A DNA stretch of 32,000 bases, taken from the NCBI GenBank assembly GCA_037441265.1, contig JBBISN010000102.1, positions 7,987 to 39,986 of the forward strand. The letters are read 5' to 3'. The notes under the pieces were generated by a model. The model saw only the letters and a program-made list of their open reading frames with translations, had not been told where the DNA came from and did no database searches. The position numbers and the translations under genes are program-made. Shown here in pieces: positions 1 to 9,800 of the stretch (the stretch's first letter is position 1; each line of letters begins with the position of its first letter). The stretch is from Nitrososphaera sp. Lineage in GTDB: Archaea > Thermoproteota > Nitrososphaeria > Nitrososphaerales > Nitrososphaeraceae.

Positions 1-1
1 C

Positions 2-415
2 CAGTTCATCCGTACCAAGGCCAGGATATACGATTCAAGCGACCTGAGCAGGGTGTACACGGTGAGATACAAGGGCGAGATAGTCGGGTTCTTTGCAGTT
101 TCAATGTCGGCGATAGAGATCAAAAAGCTTGCTCCTGCAGATGTGGTGGACGGAGCAAGCACAAAGTATTACCCTACACTCCTTCTAGGGCAGATGGGCG
201 TAGACAAGAAGAACAGAGGAAGAAAAATTGGTTACTGGATTTGCATGTATTGCATGGGTCTTGCCATAGAGATCAACCCGAAGGTCGCATGCACGGCTGT
301 GTGTTTGGAGACCAACAAAATAGACTATTACGCAAAATGCGGGTTCAGCTATTCTGGAAGAGAAAAGGGTAAGGCCAAGGTTTGGATGTACAGAAGAATT
401 TCTCAAATTGCTTGA
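2..415 (+). CDS. GNAT-family N-acetyltransferase, 5'-partial (frame open to window edge)
   Basis: The frame is open from nt 2 with no stop. Motif-A-like segment LLLGQMGVDKKNRGRKIGYWI and C-terminal YYAKCGFSY are typical of the GNAT fold. Small size resembles toxin-type (TacT/KacT-like) acetyltransferases, which is inference only. Confidence 0.6.
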   Translation, partial: QFIRTKARIYDSSDLSRVYTVRYKGEIVGFFAVSMSAIEIKKLAPADVVDGASTKYYPTLLLGQMGVDKKNRGRKIGYWICMYCMGLAIEINPKVACTAVCLETNKIDYYAKCGFSYSGREKGKAKVWMYRRISQIA

Positions 416-446
416 ATGTGCATCTGTACCACCCACCTCGCATCTG

Positions 447-2672
447 TTAGTAGAAGGCATCACCCAGCCACGACGCATACTTTCTGAACATCATGCCGGC
501 AACCACCGCGCCGGCCGCGCCAAAGATTGCGAGGATGACGTTCTGACCGTTGTTTTCTGAAAGCACGGCCGGCGGCCGGGCTATAGAACTGTCCGGTTTC
601 ACAGGCGCGGCCACGATAGCCGTAGCCTTGCCGCCCCATTCATTGGTGGCCACGATCGCGGCCGCGCTTGGAATGTCAAGAGTGCACCTATCAAAACAGG
701 CTTCTGATACGGCAACGCCATTCACCTGCAAGCTGGCTATCGCGCCAAAGTTGGCAGGCCTTTTCACGGTAACAGCGGCTCCCATACGTTCCACTTCAAG
801 CGCGTTATTCTGGCCTATGTTGGCTATGATCTCTGCGTCCCTGTCATGTGCATAGAGAACAAGGTCATATGTCCGGACCTTGCCTGTGCCAGAGACTGAC
901 ACCTGCAACTGGATTGAGGATGGAGAGCCAAGGGCGATGTCGGGCGGCAGGGTCGCAATCCCACCAGGATGGAGGTTATTGTAGATCTTCGGAATCAGCA
1001 GGCCGGTCATGTTGGTGCGCATTTCTACCACGCCGGCGCCTCTTTCCCGGGAAGTGGGAGAGCAAGGATACGCGTCTGACAGAGCCATCTCTGAAAACGT
1101 CGAGTCTCCTGTAACATAGAGGGCATGCTTGTCATAGTATTCGCATATCGTGGTTGTCGCGATGTCAGCCGGCCTGACTTCAAGCCGGACGGTCCTCCCC
1201 GCGGCTATGGCGTTGCCGTCAAGAACCTTTGCAGTTACCGTGTTTGCAAAATAAGTGTCGGGGTACGAGTAAATCGTTTCGAAGAGCTTTACCAGTCCTC
1301 TGCCCGCAAAATCCTTGGAGTAGAATGCCGGAGTGGCAGTCACGTTCTGAAGCTGTGTAAACGATAAAGGATCGTACCCTGACATCTCCATTGCAATTTT
1401 GGCGTAGCCGGCGCGCTCTATCATGGCGTGCCTGCCCGGCCTGGTCTCTGTAACCGTCGTAGGACCCGGCGTGGAATCACCCTGAAAGTCAGGAGTATAA
1501 AGCCAAGTCAAATCTGCCTGCTTTGTAATGTCGGTCGCGTTTGTGCCGGCTACAAGGGCACTGACCTGATTCGTGTACAGGTTGAGTTTAGCCCTGCGCA
1601 GCGGCTTTGTAGTACCGTCTGTGTCTGACGATCCCAAGTAGTGCAACCCTATCACCAAATTCTTTTCATAAGACCTGTCCCCTCCGTCCTTGAGGTTGAG
1701 GTATGGATACGTGGTGGCAAATACGGGACTGTAGTCTACGATTGAAACCGTGTGCGTATATGTGGTTCCCATCCCGGTGTACACGCCTGCATTCTTGAGC
1801 CTGACGTCAAACCGGAATTCTTTTTGCCCAAGCCCCTGCGGCGCGGTAGCATTTGCAACGGAAATGCCGGTTGCGTATTCGAAATTAGCGCGGTACTCTG
1901 ACGTGGCTGCAGTTGCAGGAACCACAAGCGCGCACGACTCCTGCAGGCAGTCAAGGTCTGCAATCCGGGGGTACGGATGGGTTCTCGTAACTTCTGGCTC
2001 TATGACTCCCCTGCGCGCGTCTTTGAACCTGTAGTCGACCTGGTACATGAGGGCGACAGCGTCGTTTACGTAGTAGGTGTCGTCGGCGTTGCGCATCAGG
2101 TAGCCGTCAGCATCTGTGACGTTTGCCGGAACCACCCTGACGGTTATCATGGGGTTAACCACAAAGATTGACAGGGCAGTGCTTGCAGAGCCGCTGCCTC
2201 CAGGTCCTGTACCAACCGCAGAAGCCCTGACCACGTACGAGCCCGGGATGGCAAAGGGGGAAACATCAACCCTGGTATTCGTGCAATTGGGGCAGGCGAT
2301 GCTGACGCCAGAGTCGCCCGATACAGAGGTTCTCACGCTTGTGCAGTGCTGCGAGCTGACGGTAAGCGAGACGGAGAAGGCGTCGCCGGGATAGTACGAG
2401 CCGTCCGGGTTGTTGCGAGGCAAGCCTGCATATGTGATCGGTGAGGAGTTCATGCCTACTGAGACTGTGCATGGTGGAGGTGGTGGAGGACTTCCACCGC
2501 CCTCTTTGACGATAACCTGTCCTCGCTTGCTGCCACCTATCCCGAGGTTGCCGCTTATTCCGCCACTGGCTCCTTCAGCCGGGAGCTCGGTTGGTAGAAA
2601 CGTCGCGAGCATGAATGCGGATAGTGTTGCTACTAGGACCCATTTCGATACCCTTCCTCCTGACTGCGCCAT
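447..2672 (-). CDS. Large secreted/cell-surface protein with N-terminal signal-like TM and C-terminal TM anchor; function unknown
   Basis: 741-aa ORF. N-terminal hydrophobic segment WVLVATLSAFMLATFL is followed by a Gly-rich stretch and a PPPPPP linker. C-terminal hydrophobic helix VILAIFGAAGAVVAGMMF is followed by basic residues. The protein is Thr/Ser/Val-rich and beta-rich in character. Confidence 0.6.
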   Translation of the reverse strand: MAQSGGRVSKWVLVATLSAFMLATFLPTELPAEGASGGISGNLGIGGSKRGQVIVKEGGGSPPPPPPCTVSVGMNSSPITYAGLPRNNPDGSYYPGDAFSVSLTVSSQHCTSVRTSVSGDSGVSIACPNCTNTRVDVSPFAIPGSYVVRASAVGTGPGGSGSASTALSIFVVNPMITVRVVPANVTDADGYLMRNADDTYYVNDAVALMYQVDYRFKDARRGVIEPEVTRTHPYPRIADLDCLQESCALVVPATAATSEYRANFEYATGISVANATAPQGLGQKEFRFDVRLKNAGVYTGMGTTYTHTVSIVDYSPVFATTYPYLNLKDGGDRSYEKNLVIGLHYLGSSDTDGTTKPLRRAKLNLYTNQVSALVAGTNATDITKQADLTWLYTPDFQGDSTPGPTTVTETRPGRHAMIERAGYAKIAMEMSGYDPLSFTQLQNVTATPAFYSKDFAGRGLVKLFETIYSYPDTYFANTVTAKVLDGNAIAAGRTVRLEVRPADIATTTICEYYDKHALYVTGDSTFSEMALSDAYPCSPTSRERGAGVVEMRTNMTGLLIPKIYNNLHPGGIATLPPDIALGSPSSIQLQVSVSGTGKVRTYDLVLYAHDRDAEIIANIGQNNALEVERMGAAVTVKRPANFGAIASLQVNGVAVSEACFDRCTLDIPSAAAIVATNEWGGKATAIVAAPVKPDSSIARPPAVLSENNGQNVILAIFGAAGAVVAGMMFRKYASWLGDAFY

Positions 2673-2696
2673 GTCGAAAACAAACGCCGGTGTTGT

Positions 2697-2704
2697 CTTT
2701 TAAG
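2697..2704 (+). promoter_or_regulatory. TATA-like box (CTTTTAAG) about 26 nt upstream of ATG 2727, implying a leaderless transcript
   Basis: AT-rich octamer in a 54-bp divergent intergenic region. The spacing to the start codon matches archaeal TATA-to-TSS distance. Confidence 0.35.
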
Positions 2705-2726
2705 CCGGAAAGCGCTTGCGATTGCG

Positions 2727-5267
2727 ATGTTCCCGTTTTTTGACAGGCTCAGGCGAAAGAAGAGCGGGTCCGAAACAGAGGAAGGGGCAGACGAGGAAGT
2801 GATTTCTGAGATAAGGGCAGAGATAGAGGGAGCTGAAAGGGAGATAGACGACGAGATCGACGCCGAGGCTGCCAGGGTGGCGATGAAGGTGAAGAACGGC
2901 CTAGGTCCAGGGGTGGAGCTGATACACATAGGCGATGAGACGGATACACGCGAGAAAGACAGACAGCCCCTTGACATCCTTGGATACAGCAACGACGGGA
3001 CAAAGGCGTACGGCATCTACTCTAAAGACAGGATACACATCGCGCTCTTTGGAGAAACCGGCTCGGGCAAGACAGTCACAATCGGCCAGCTTGTCTACCA
3101 GAACATAATGCGAAATGAAGGCTTTATGATAATAGACCCGCACGGCGACCTGGCTAGAGAAGCACTTGCAGCAATCCCGGAGCGTCTGAAGGACAGGGTG
3201 ATATACATAAGCGCGATGAACCCGCAGTGGTTTGGCAGGCAGATCAAGATAAACCCGCTAGAGTGCAAGGACCCAAAGGACCGCCACATAGTGGCCATGA
3301 CCTTTGTAAACGCGCTCAAGAACATGTACTACAAGAGCTGGGGAGACAGGCTTGAGGCTATCTTGAGAAACGGCGCAAACGCCCTGGTGGAGATGGAAGG
3401 CGCAACGCTGTGGGACCTATCGCGCCTGATATCGTCGCCAAAGTACCTTGCTCAGGTCATCAGGACCATCAGCAGCCCAAGCACCGTCAACTTTTTGCAA
3501 AACATCCTTCCGTCATACAAGAAGGATGCCGGCACTGCTGCCTACAACAAGATAGACAAGATACTGACCACCCCACTGGTGGCGTCACTTTTTGACACGC
3601 AAAAGTCCAGCTTTGACATGGGCAAGGCCATGAACGGGGACATGTTTGTCATTGTGGATTTGTCGTCGGGCATGTCTGACGACATTGCAGACTTTGTGGG
3701 GTCCATACTGCTGAACACCGTGTACGTAGAGGCTATGCGGCGGGTGGACATTGAAAGGGAAGAGCGAACGCCGTTCTACCTGTACGTGGACGAGGCGCAC
3801 CGGTTCTCGCCGGCGGAGCTCCAGAGCCTGCTGACAACAGTGAGAAAGTTCAATGTCAAGGTGACCCTTGCAAGCCAGACGATAAACAACTTTCCAGTCG
3901 ACATCCAAAGGTCGTTTGGCGCGCTGTGCAAGACTGTGATCCTCTTCAAGTCAGACGTTGCCACTGCCAAGATGTTTGAGACGGTGATGCCTCTTACGCC
4001 GGACGAACTGACGTCGCTTTCATTGAACACCTTTGCTTTCTACAGCCAGGCACAGCCTCCTATAACGGGGGTGGCAACCACAAAACTGGTACTTTCAAAG
4101 AATGCTGCAGTGGATGACTGGAAATCTAGGGCATATCACAGTGTAATGCGCTTTGGTTCAGACGTCAACCTGAACAAGTACATGCCTGCAAAGAAAAAGG
4201 GATACGTTCCAGACTGGCTGCCGCTTGACATCAAGATTGTCTATTTGCTTCGAACACGGAGGATGACGAAGGAGGAGATCTATAGCGAGCTTGTCAGGAG
4301 GTACGGCGAGCAGAATGTAGACCCTGAAGCCATGGACAAGAGCATAGAGGCGCTGCGTCTGGACCACGTAGTCAACAAGAGGTACGACCTGCACGAAGGA
4401 ACAGAGAAGGAAGTTCTTGACCTTGACTACAGCGCCTACCACCGCTTCTTTGACACAAAGATGATGGGTGCCAGGACTGGCAAGGAAAAACACAAGGCGG
4501 CCATAATTTACCTCGCAGAGACTTTCTGGAACAACCTCACTTACTGCAAGATAGACCTTGGCGACGCGCACGAGCAGCTTGCCGATATCGTGGCCATAAA
4601 CGAGGTGCAGTGGGCAGACTCGGATGGCAAGAAAAGGTACGACCTGCAGGCGTGGGGAGACGCCACTGCAATAGAGATAGAGACGGACCCATTGCACCGC
4701 GAAGAGCAGGTTGTCATCAACTACAGAAAGAACGTGGAGCAGGGATTCGGCGTGCACTACATCGTTTTTGATCAGAAGGACAAGGAAACGATACGGCGGT
4801 TCCTCACAGAGAAGAGGGGGATTGCAGAGGATGCGTACCAGGTGACCATCATGGACCTGTCAGAAGTCGAGCGCTTTAGAAAAGAGAAGTTGGGCGGCTC
4901 TGCCGCAGAGGCAGAAACGATATCGGGAACCGGAGGCATCATGCCAGCGGAGATGAGGGTCATACTAGCCATGAGAAATGAAGCTAAGAAAGTGAAGGGA
5001 AATGAAAGTGTCCATGTGGGACCAGCGCAGGCATCGATGCCACTACAAAATGAAGTTCCTGCAGACGAAATTACCAGCGGTAACAAAGCCCGAGAAGATG
5101 AAATAGTGACGCGCATTAGCACTGCAGCAAATCATGACGAGCTGGTAAGCATAGTGCGCGAGATGCACCCTGACATGCAGGGGTTTGAGAAGGTCCGGGA
5201 GGTCCTTGAGAGAAGGGGCTACAAGTTGCTGCAGACCAGGAAGGGACATTACCTGCCGGTGAAATAG
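2727..5267 (+). CDS. VirD4/TraG-like type IV coupling-type ATPase (FtsK/HerA superfamily) with long C-terminal extension
   Basis: Walker A FGETGSGKT, IIDPHGD, KINPLE, Walker B LYVDEAHRF, and TLASQT. The C-terminal roughly 350 aa contains wHTH-like and possible nuclease-like segments. Confidence 0.65.
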   Translation: MFPFFDRLRRKKSGSETEEGADEEVISEIRAEIEGAEREIDDEIDAEAARVAMKVKNGLGPGVELIHIGDETDTREKDRQPLDILGYSNDGTKAYGIYSKDRIHIALFGETGSGKTVTIGQLVYQNIMRNEGFMIIDPHGDLAREALAAIPERLKDRVIYISAMNPQWFGRQIKINPLECKDPKDRHIVAMTFVNALKNMYYKSWGDRLEAILRNGANALVEMEGATLWDLSRLISSPKYLAQVIRTISSPSTVNFLQNILPSYKKDAGTAAYNKIDKILTTPLVASLFDTQKSSFDMGKAMNGDMFVIVDLSSGMSDDIADFVGSILLNTVYVEAMRRVDIEREERTPFYLYVDEAHRFSPAELQSLLTTVRKFNVKVTLASQTINNFPVDIQRSFGALCKTVILFKSDVATAKMFETVMPLTPDELTSLSLNTFAFYSQAQPPITGVATTKLVLSKNAAVDDWKSRAYHSVMRFGSDVNLNKYMPAKKKGYVPDWLPLDIKIVYLLRTRRMTKEEIYSELVRRYGEQNVDPEAMDKSIEALRLDHVVNKRYDLHEGTEKEVLDLDYSAYHRFFDTKMMGARTGKEKHKAAIIYLAETFWNNLTYCKIDLGDAHEQLADIVAINEVQWADSDGKKRYDLQAWGDATAIEIETDPLHREEQVVINYRKNVEQGFGVHYIVFDQKDKETIRRFLTEKRGIAEDAYQVTIMDLSEVERFRKEKLGGSAAEAETISGTGGIMPAEMRVILAMRNEAKKVKGNESVHVGPAQASMPLQNEVPADEITSGNKAREDEIVTRISTAANHDELVSIVREMHPDMQGFEKVREVLERRGYKLLQTRKGHYLPVK

Positions 5268-5300
5268 CTACGCACAGGCCTGTTCCGGTAAATCTGGTCG

Positions 5301-6059
5301 CTAGTTCTCTTCGCCGCCTTGATATGTGCCGCTTCCAAAAATCCTCAGCGCATTCTTTCCCTGCTCCGTCAGCAGCACATTACTCCTTCTTCCCCTAGTT
5401 CTTACCTCGACGAAATGCCAATGCGACTCCATAGGATCCAGTATGGCCCGCAACCTGCTGTGAGGTGCGCTCCGCGGCTGCGACGGCAGATACACCGGAA
5501 TCATCTTCACCTCGGGAGACTGAAGCTCTTCTATGAGTTCTTTCTTGCTCATCTTACCCCCCGCTTTGTCCAGGAAGCCCAACACCTGAAGCGATTCAGG
5601 AGATGGCATGTTTATCTGGTACACAGGAAGAAAATCAATTCCTGTCACCTTGCGCTTGTCTGTTCCTGCAGTCGGACCGCCTTCTTCATAGTCAAGTTTG
5701 GCATAGTATGGCGTACCTCCCCAGAGCATGCATGCAAGCATCCCTGCCATAGAAAGTATCTTGCTTCCAGTGGAGACGTTGACGTAGATGTGATGTCTTC
5801 TTTCAGAACCAAAAATGTCCCGGTATTTTTCGAGGCATGAGAAGAGATCCCAGATATTCGCATACACACGCTTGATTTCGATAGAAGGGTGCTTGGCAAG
5901 GGCCGCCTCGACCTTGTCTACAATTTCAGTGGCAGGATCTTGTTTTGAACGTGAAACAAGATAGGCCTTGTCGGCTCGCTGCTCAATTAGAGGCGCGGCT
6001 ACGCGTTGAACAGGGTCAAAGCCTACGGGGGCAACATGGATCCTGAGATTGCTTGTCAC
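5301..6059 (-). CDS. CARF-superfamily (HFX_2341/Csa3-like) N-terminal domain plus C-terminal wHTH transcriptional regulator
   Basis: N-terminus IHVAPVGFDPVQRV and NVSTGSKILSMAG match the Rossmann-like CARF/DxTHG-type pattern. The C-terminal SKKELIEEL...VLLTEQGKNAL segment is wHTH-like. Apparent GTG start. Confidence 0.55.
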   Translation of the reverse strand: MTSNLRIHVAPVGFDPVQRVAAPLIEQRADKAYLVSRSKQDPATEIVDKVEAALAKHPSIEIKRVYANIWDLFSCLEKYRDIFGSERRHHIYVNVSTGSKILSMAGMLACMLWGGTPYYAKLDYEEGGPTAGTDKRKVTGIDFLPVYQINMPSPESLQVLGFLDKAGGKMSKKELIEELQSPEVKMIPVYLPSQPRSAPHSRLRAILDPMESHWHFVEVRTRGRRSNVLLTEQGKNALRIFGSGTYQGGEEN

Positions 6060-6074
6060 AAGGACAAAAAAATA

Positions 6075-6107
6075 TTATTCACTATATTAAGCTTATTCAC
6101 GCTATTA
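6075..6107. promoter_or_regulatory. Two copies of TTATTCAC-NN-TATTA, 18 bp apart, in a divergent promoter; candidate operator
   Basis: 6075-6089 is ttattcactatatta and 6093-6107 is ttattcacgctatta, a 13/15 match. The first copy overlaps the TATA-like box of the minus-strand regulator gene. Confidence 0.4.
6082..6089 (-). promoter_or_regulatory. TATA-like box (TAATATAG on minus strand) about 26 nt upstream of GTG start at 6059
   Basis: Spacing and AT-rich composition. Confidence 0.3.
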
Positions 6108-6118
6108 ACATGAATGGC

Positions 6119-6127
6119 AATAAATAA
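6119..6127 (+). promoter_or_regulatory. TATA-like box (AATAAATAA) about 26 nt upstream of ATG 6149
   Basis: Spacing and AT-rich composition. Confidence 0.3.
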
Positions 6128-6148
6128 TTTTTTCCCACATCACAAGGC

Positions 6149-6580
6149 ATGGAATCAAGACAAAAAAACGCAGTCCTCCTGGACTGTTGCACGGTAATAG
6201 GCGCCCTCGACGGGCGGCCAAACGCAGTGGCGTTCAAGGAAAGGCTGAGCAAGCGCAAAGACGTGGCCCTTCTGGTACCTGACCTGGTAATATCAGAGGT
6301 CGCGAGGGTCGCCAGAATTTCTAAAGAAGCGGCCGAGCAGGCCGTCAGGTCATTTGCACACGGAAGCGAGATTGTTCGCCTAGAAGACGACGAGGCTCTG
6401 GTAGATGCGGTCGCCCTGACTGTGCGCTATGACTACTGTCACTACCCTGACAGCATCTACCTTGTCCATTGCCGGAACACCGGCGCAGTACTTCTGACAT
6501 ATGACAGAAAGCTGAAAGAAGTGGCCAGGATGGAAGGCATAATGGCATGCTCGCCTGACAACTTCAGGTTCTATCAGTGA
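6149..6580 (+). CDS. PIN-domain (VapC-like) nuclease
   Basis: Four acidic positions lie in canonical PIN context: LLDCC (D12), ISEV (E), YPDSIYLVHC (D), LLTYDRKL (D). Length of 143 aa fits. Confidence 0.6.
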   Translation: MESRQKNAVLLDCCTVIGALDGRPNAVAFKERLSKRKDVALLVPDLVISEVARVARISKEAAEQAVRSFAHGSEIVRLEDDEALVDAVALTVRYDYCHYPDSIYLVHCRNTGAVLLTYDRKLKEVARMEGIMACSPDNFRFYQ

Positions 6581-6586
6581 TGCATC

Positions 6587-6802
6587 ATGATGTCAGAGCA
6601 AGAAGTTGTAATTGAAGAGTCACAGGCGGACTATGAGTGTCCAAGCTGTCACACGTTGCTGACCATCTACTATGACGAAAAGGCGAGGTACGTATGCGAG
6701 AACTGCGATGAGGAACTGAGCCGCTTCGACCTCAACATGGAAGACGGCGACAACAATATTAGCACTGGATTCAGTGATCGATCTAGCAGGAGATTGTTCT
6801 AA
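6587..6802 (+). CDS. Small acidic zinc-ribbon protein
   Basis: CPSCH...CENCDE (CxxC x18 CxxC) with an acidic tail. It starts 6 nt after the PIN stop and ends 1 nt before the helicase ATG. Confidence 0.5.
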   Translation: MMSEQEVVIEESQADYECPSCHTLLTIYYDEKARYVCENCDEELSRFDLNMEDGDNNISTGFSDRSSRRLF

Positions 6803-6803
6803 T

Positions 6804-9800
6804 ATGGCACAGGCGACGACTGGTATTTCTCTAAATGAAGATCAGCGTTTAGCGGTCACGGCAAGCCCGGACCGCGCCCTTCTGGTAGTCGCCGGTCCTG
6901 GTAGCGGCAAAACCCGCGTCATCATAGAACGGGTAATTCACCTTGTGAAGAAAGGCGTCAAGCCGTCGGAAATCCTCTGCCTGACCTTCTCCGAAAAGGC
7001 GGCCGAGGAGATGAAGCAGCGGTTGGAAAAGAGGATGGACATGACTGAGATGGGCATAAGCACCTTCCATTCGTTTGCAAAGGAGGTCTTGGAGGACAAT
7101 GTGCTCGACTCCGGCGTGGGAGTTTCTTCGGGCGTGATCACAAAGTCCGCCGCCCTCGTCTGGGGACTGAAGAACATCGACAACTTCAACCTGCAGCACC
7201 TCGAGATAGGCAACAACGCCGTGGACCTCGTCCGCTCGACAATCGAGGGCATAAGCACGTTCAAGGACGAGCTCATTTCGCCGCAGGAGCTGGAGCAGTA
7301 CGTCAAGAACAAGCTGGAGCGGGAGATATCCGACAAGGAGAGGGACTTTGCCCAAAAGCTCTCCGACCTGTGCAGGGTCTACTACAAGTATCAGGAATTC
7401 CAGAGGGGCAAGGCGGTCATAGACTTTGACGACATGGTCCTCCTGACTATAGACCTCTTCAGGAAGAAGCCGAACGTGCTAGCCAAGTACCAGAAGAAGT
7501 ACAAACACATCTTGGTGGACGAGTTCCAGGACAACAACTACGCGCAGCTCGAGCTGGTGAAGATCTTGGCCAAGGCCGGAAACGTGACCGTGGTAGGAGA
7601 CGACGACCAGAGCATCTACAGATTCCAGGGCGCCTACCTGACGAACTTTCAGGACTTCAAGGACCACTTTCCAAGCACGACAGTGGTGGTGCTGAGCCAG
7701 AACTACCGCAGCACCAAGAACATCGTCAAGGTGGCAGGCCAGCTGCTGTCCGGGGTGCAGAAGAGGCAGCCAAAGGATCTGTTCTCAGAAAACGAGGACG
7801 GCGACAAAGTGGTCGTCGCGGGCTGTTCCACGGAAGCGGCCGAGGTCGAGTTCGTCGTCGGCAAGATCAGGGAGCTGCTGGGCAAGCCACTGAAGAGGAG
7901 GGACGGGACCGAGTCACCCGCGACTTACAGGGACTTCGTGATACTGTCGAGGAAGAAGATGGAGGGAAGAAAGTTCTCCAAGGCGCTGAAGGCCTACGGC
8001 ATACCTTCGGTCTACGTGGGCGAGGCCAACATCTTTGCCGCGCCCATAGTCCGCGACCTCATGGCGTACCTGAAGGTGGCCAGTTGCCCAACGACGGCCG
8101 GCGTAGAGATAACCCGGCTGATGAAGGGCCACGGCATAACCGAGCAGAACATCGCCAGGATAAACCACGCGGCCAGGAAGAAGGCAAGAGAAGACCCCAC
8201 AGACATGGACTTCGTCCTAGAAACGCTTGCCGCGTGCGACCTGCCCGGTGTGACGCAGAAGGACGAGTGTGCCGAGCTTGCGGAGCAGATCAAAAAGATA
8301 TGCGAGCTCGAATCAAAGGCCACGATAAGCGAGTTCGTACACAAGGTGATGATGTCTGTGTCAGACCTCTACAAGCGGACCGTGCTGTCAGACTCGCCGG
8401 AAAACAGGCGCAACAGGCTTCTGCTCAACGAGCTTTACAGGATAGCGCTGGAGTACGAGTCTCTCAACCCGCACGGGACACTGGACGACTTTCTGAAGTA
8501 CCTCAGCCTCATGGGCCAGTTCGACATCGAGCTGGCAGAGGGCAACGAGACGGACGACGTAGTGCAGGTGACGACGATACACCAGAGCAAGGGAAGGGAG
8601 TTCCCGATAGTTTTCGTGGTCGATGTCGCGGCCAACAGGCTTCCGCTGCGCTACCAGTCAAAGGAGTTCTATGTTCCGAACGACCTGTCGAAGGGCGTCA
8701 AAATCGAAGAGGACGAAAAGGAGCTGCACCTGCAGGAGGAAAGGAGGCTCTTCTACGTGGCCATGACCCGGGCTCAGAACTTGCTCTTTGTTACTTACGC
8801 GAAGAGGTACGGCCAGAACGTCAGGGATACCAGGCCGTCACCCTTTCTCGACGAGATAGGGTTCACAGACAATCCGTCTGTGGAGTTCGTGGAATTCAAG
8901 GGCTCGCCCGCCGGCGAGGCGATGCAGGCCGAAGAGAGGCTTGCCAGGATAAGGGAAGAGCTCCAGCTCAAGGCAGTGAAGGCGATAAACCAGATGCAGC
9001 TGAAGACGGCCGTGCAGCGGATAGTCGAGCTTGCGAGAGTGAAGCATTTCGAGGAGAGCGGGAGAACTGACGGCTTCGACCCTGCGGAGATACTGAAGGT
9101 GGACAACACCGACGGCAACCTCGACGCAGAGCTGGTCGGAAAGAAGGTGCCCCTTTTCAACAGGGAAGAGCTGCACCTCAGTGCCACGGCCGTGAAGACT
9201 TACGCGGACTGCCCGCTGAAGTTCAAGTTCGCCAACATACTGCAGGTGCCCGAGCCGCCCAGAAAGTACTTCGAGCTGGGTACTGCAGTGCACGCCGTGG
9301 CCCAGCACCTTACCGAGATGCAGAAGGAAGGAGTGAAGCCTACTGAAGAGCTGGCCTTCGAGCTTTTGGCAAAGGAGTGGAGATCCAACGCCTTCCAGTC
9401 CGAGACCGAGGAACGCCAGTCGAAGGAGAAGGCCAAGGAAATGCTGAGGACGTATCTGCGCTGGCTGGCTGGCTGCCAACCCCAACGCGCCCGTGGCAGT
9501 GGAGCAGCCTTTCCAGATAGAGGTGGGAGGAGTGCCCTTCAAGGGCTTCATCGACAGGATAGAGCGCACGCCTGACGGCGAATATGAAGTCGTGGACTTC
9601 AAGACGGGCGGCGTGTACGAGAACAGCAGGTCGATCAAAGAGGACCCGCAGATGAACGCCTACGCCCTGGGCGTGCAGAAACTCTACGGAAAGCTTCCCA
9701 AGAAAGCGTCGCTGTTCTACGTGCGGGAGGATGAGATAGTACCTTACGCGGTGACAGAGCAGCAGGTGAGCAAGGTGAAGGCCGCGATGGCAGGAGTCGT

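Noticed and set aside
185-478. 97-aa minus-strand ORF antisense to the GNAT gene
   Set aside because: It is an antisense shadow with no motifs, and the plus frame has GNAT features.
8084-9070. 328-aa plus-strand ORF inside the helicase-nuclease gene, in an alternative frame
   Set aside because: The translation is Arg/Gly/Ala/Pro-rich and low in complexity, typical of an off-frame shadow ORF in GC-rich coding DNA. The overlapping frame carries clear UvrD motifs.
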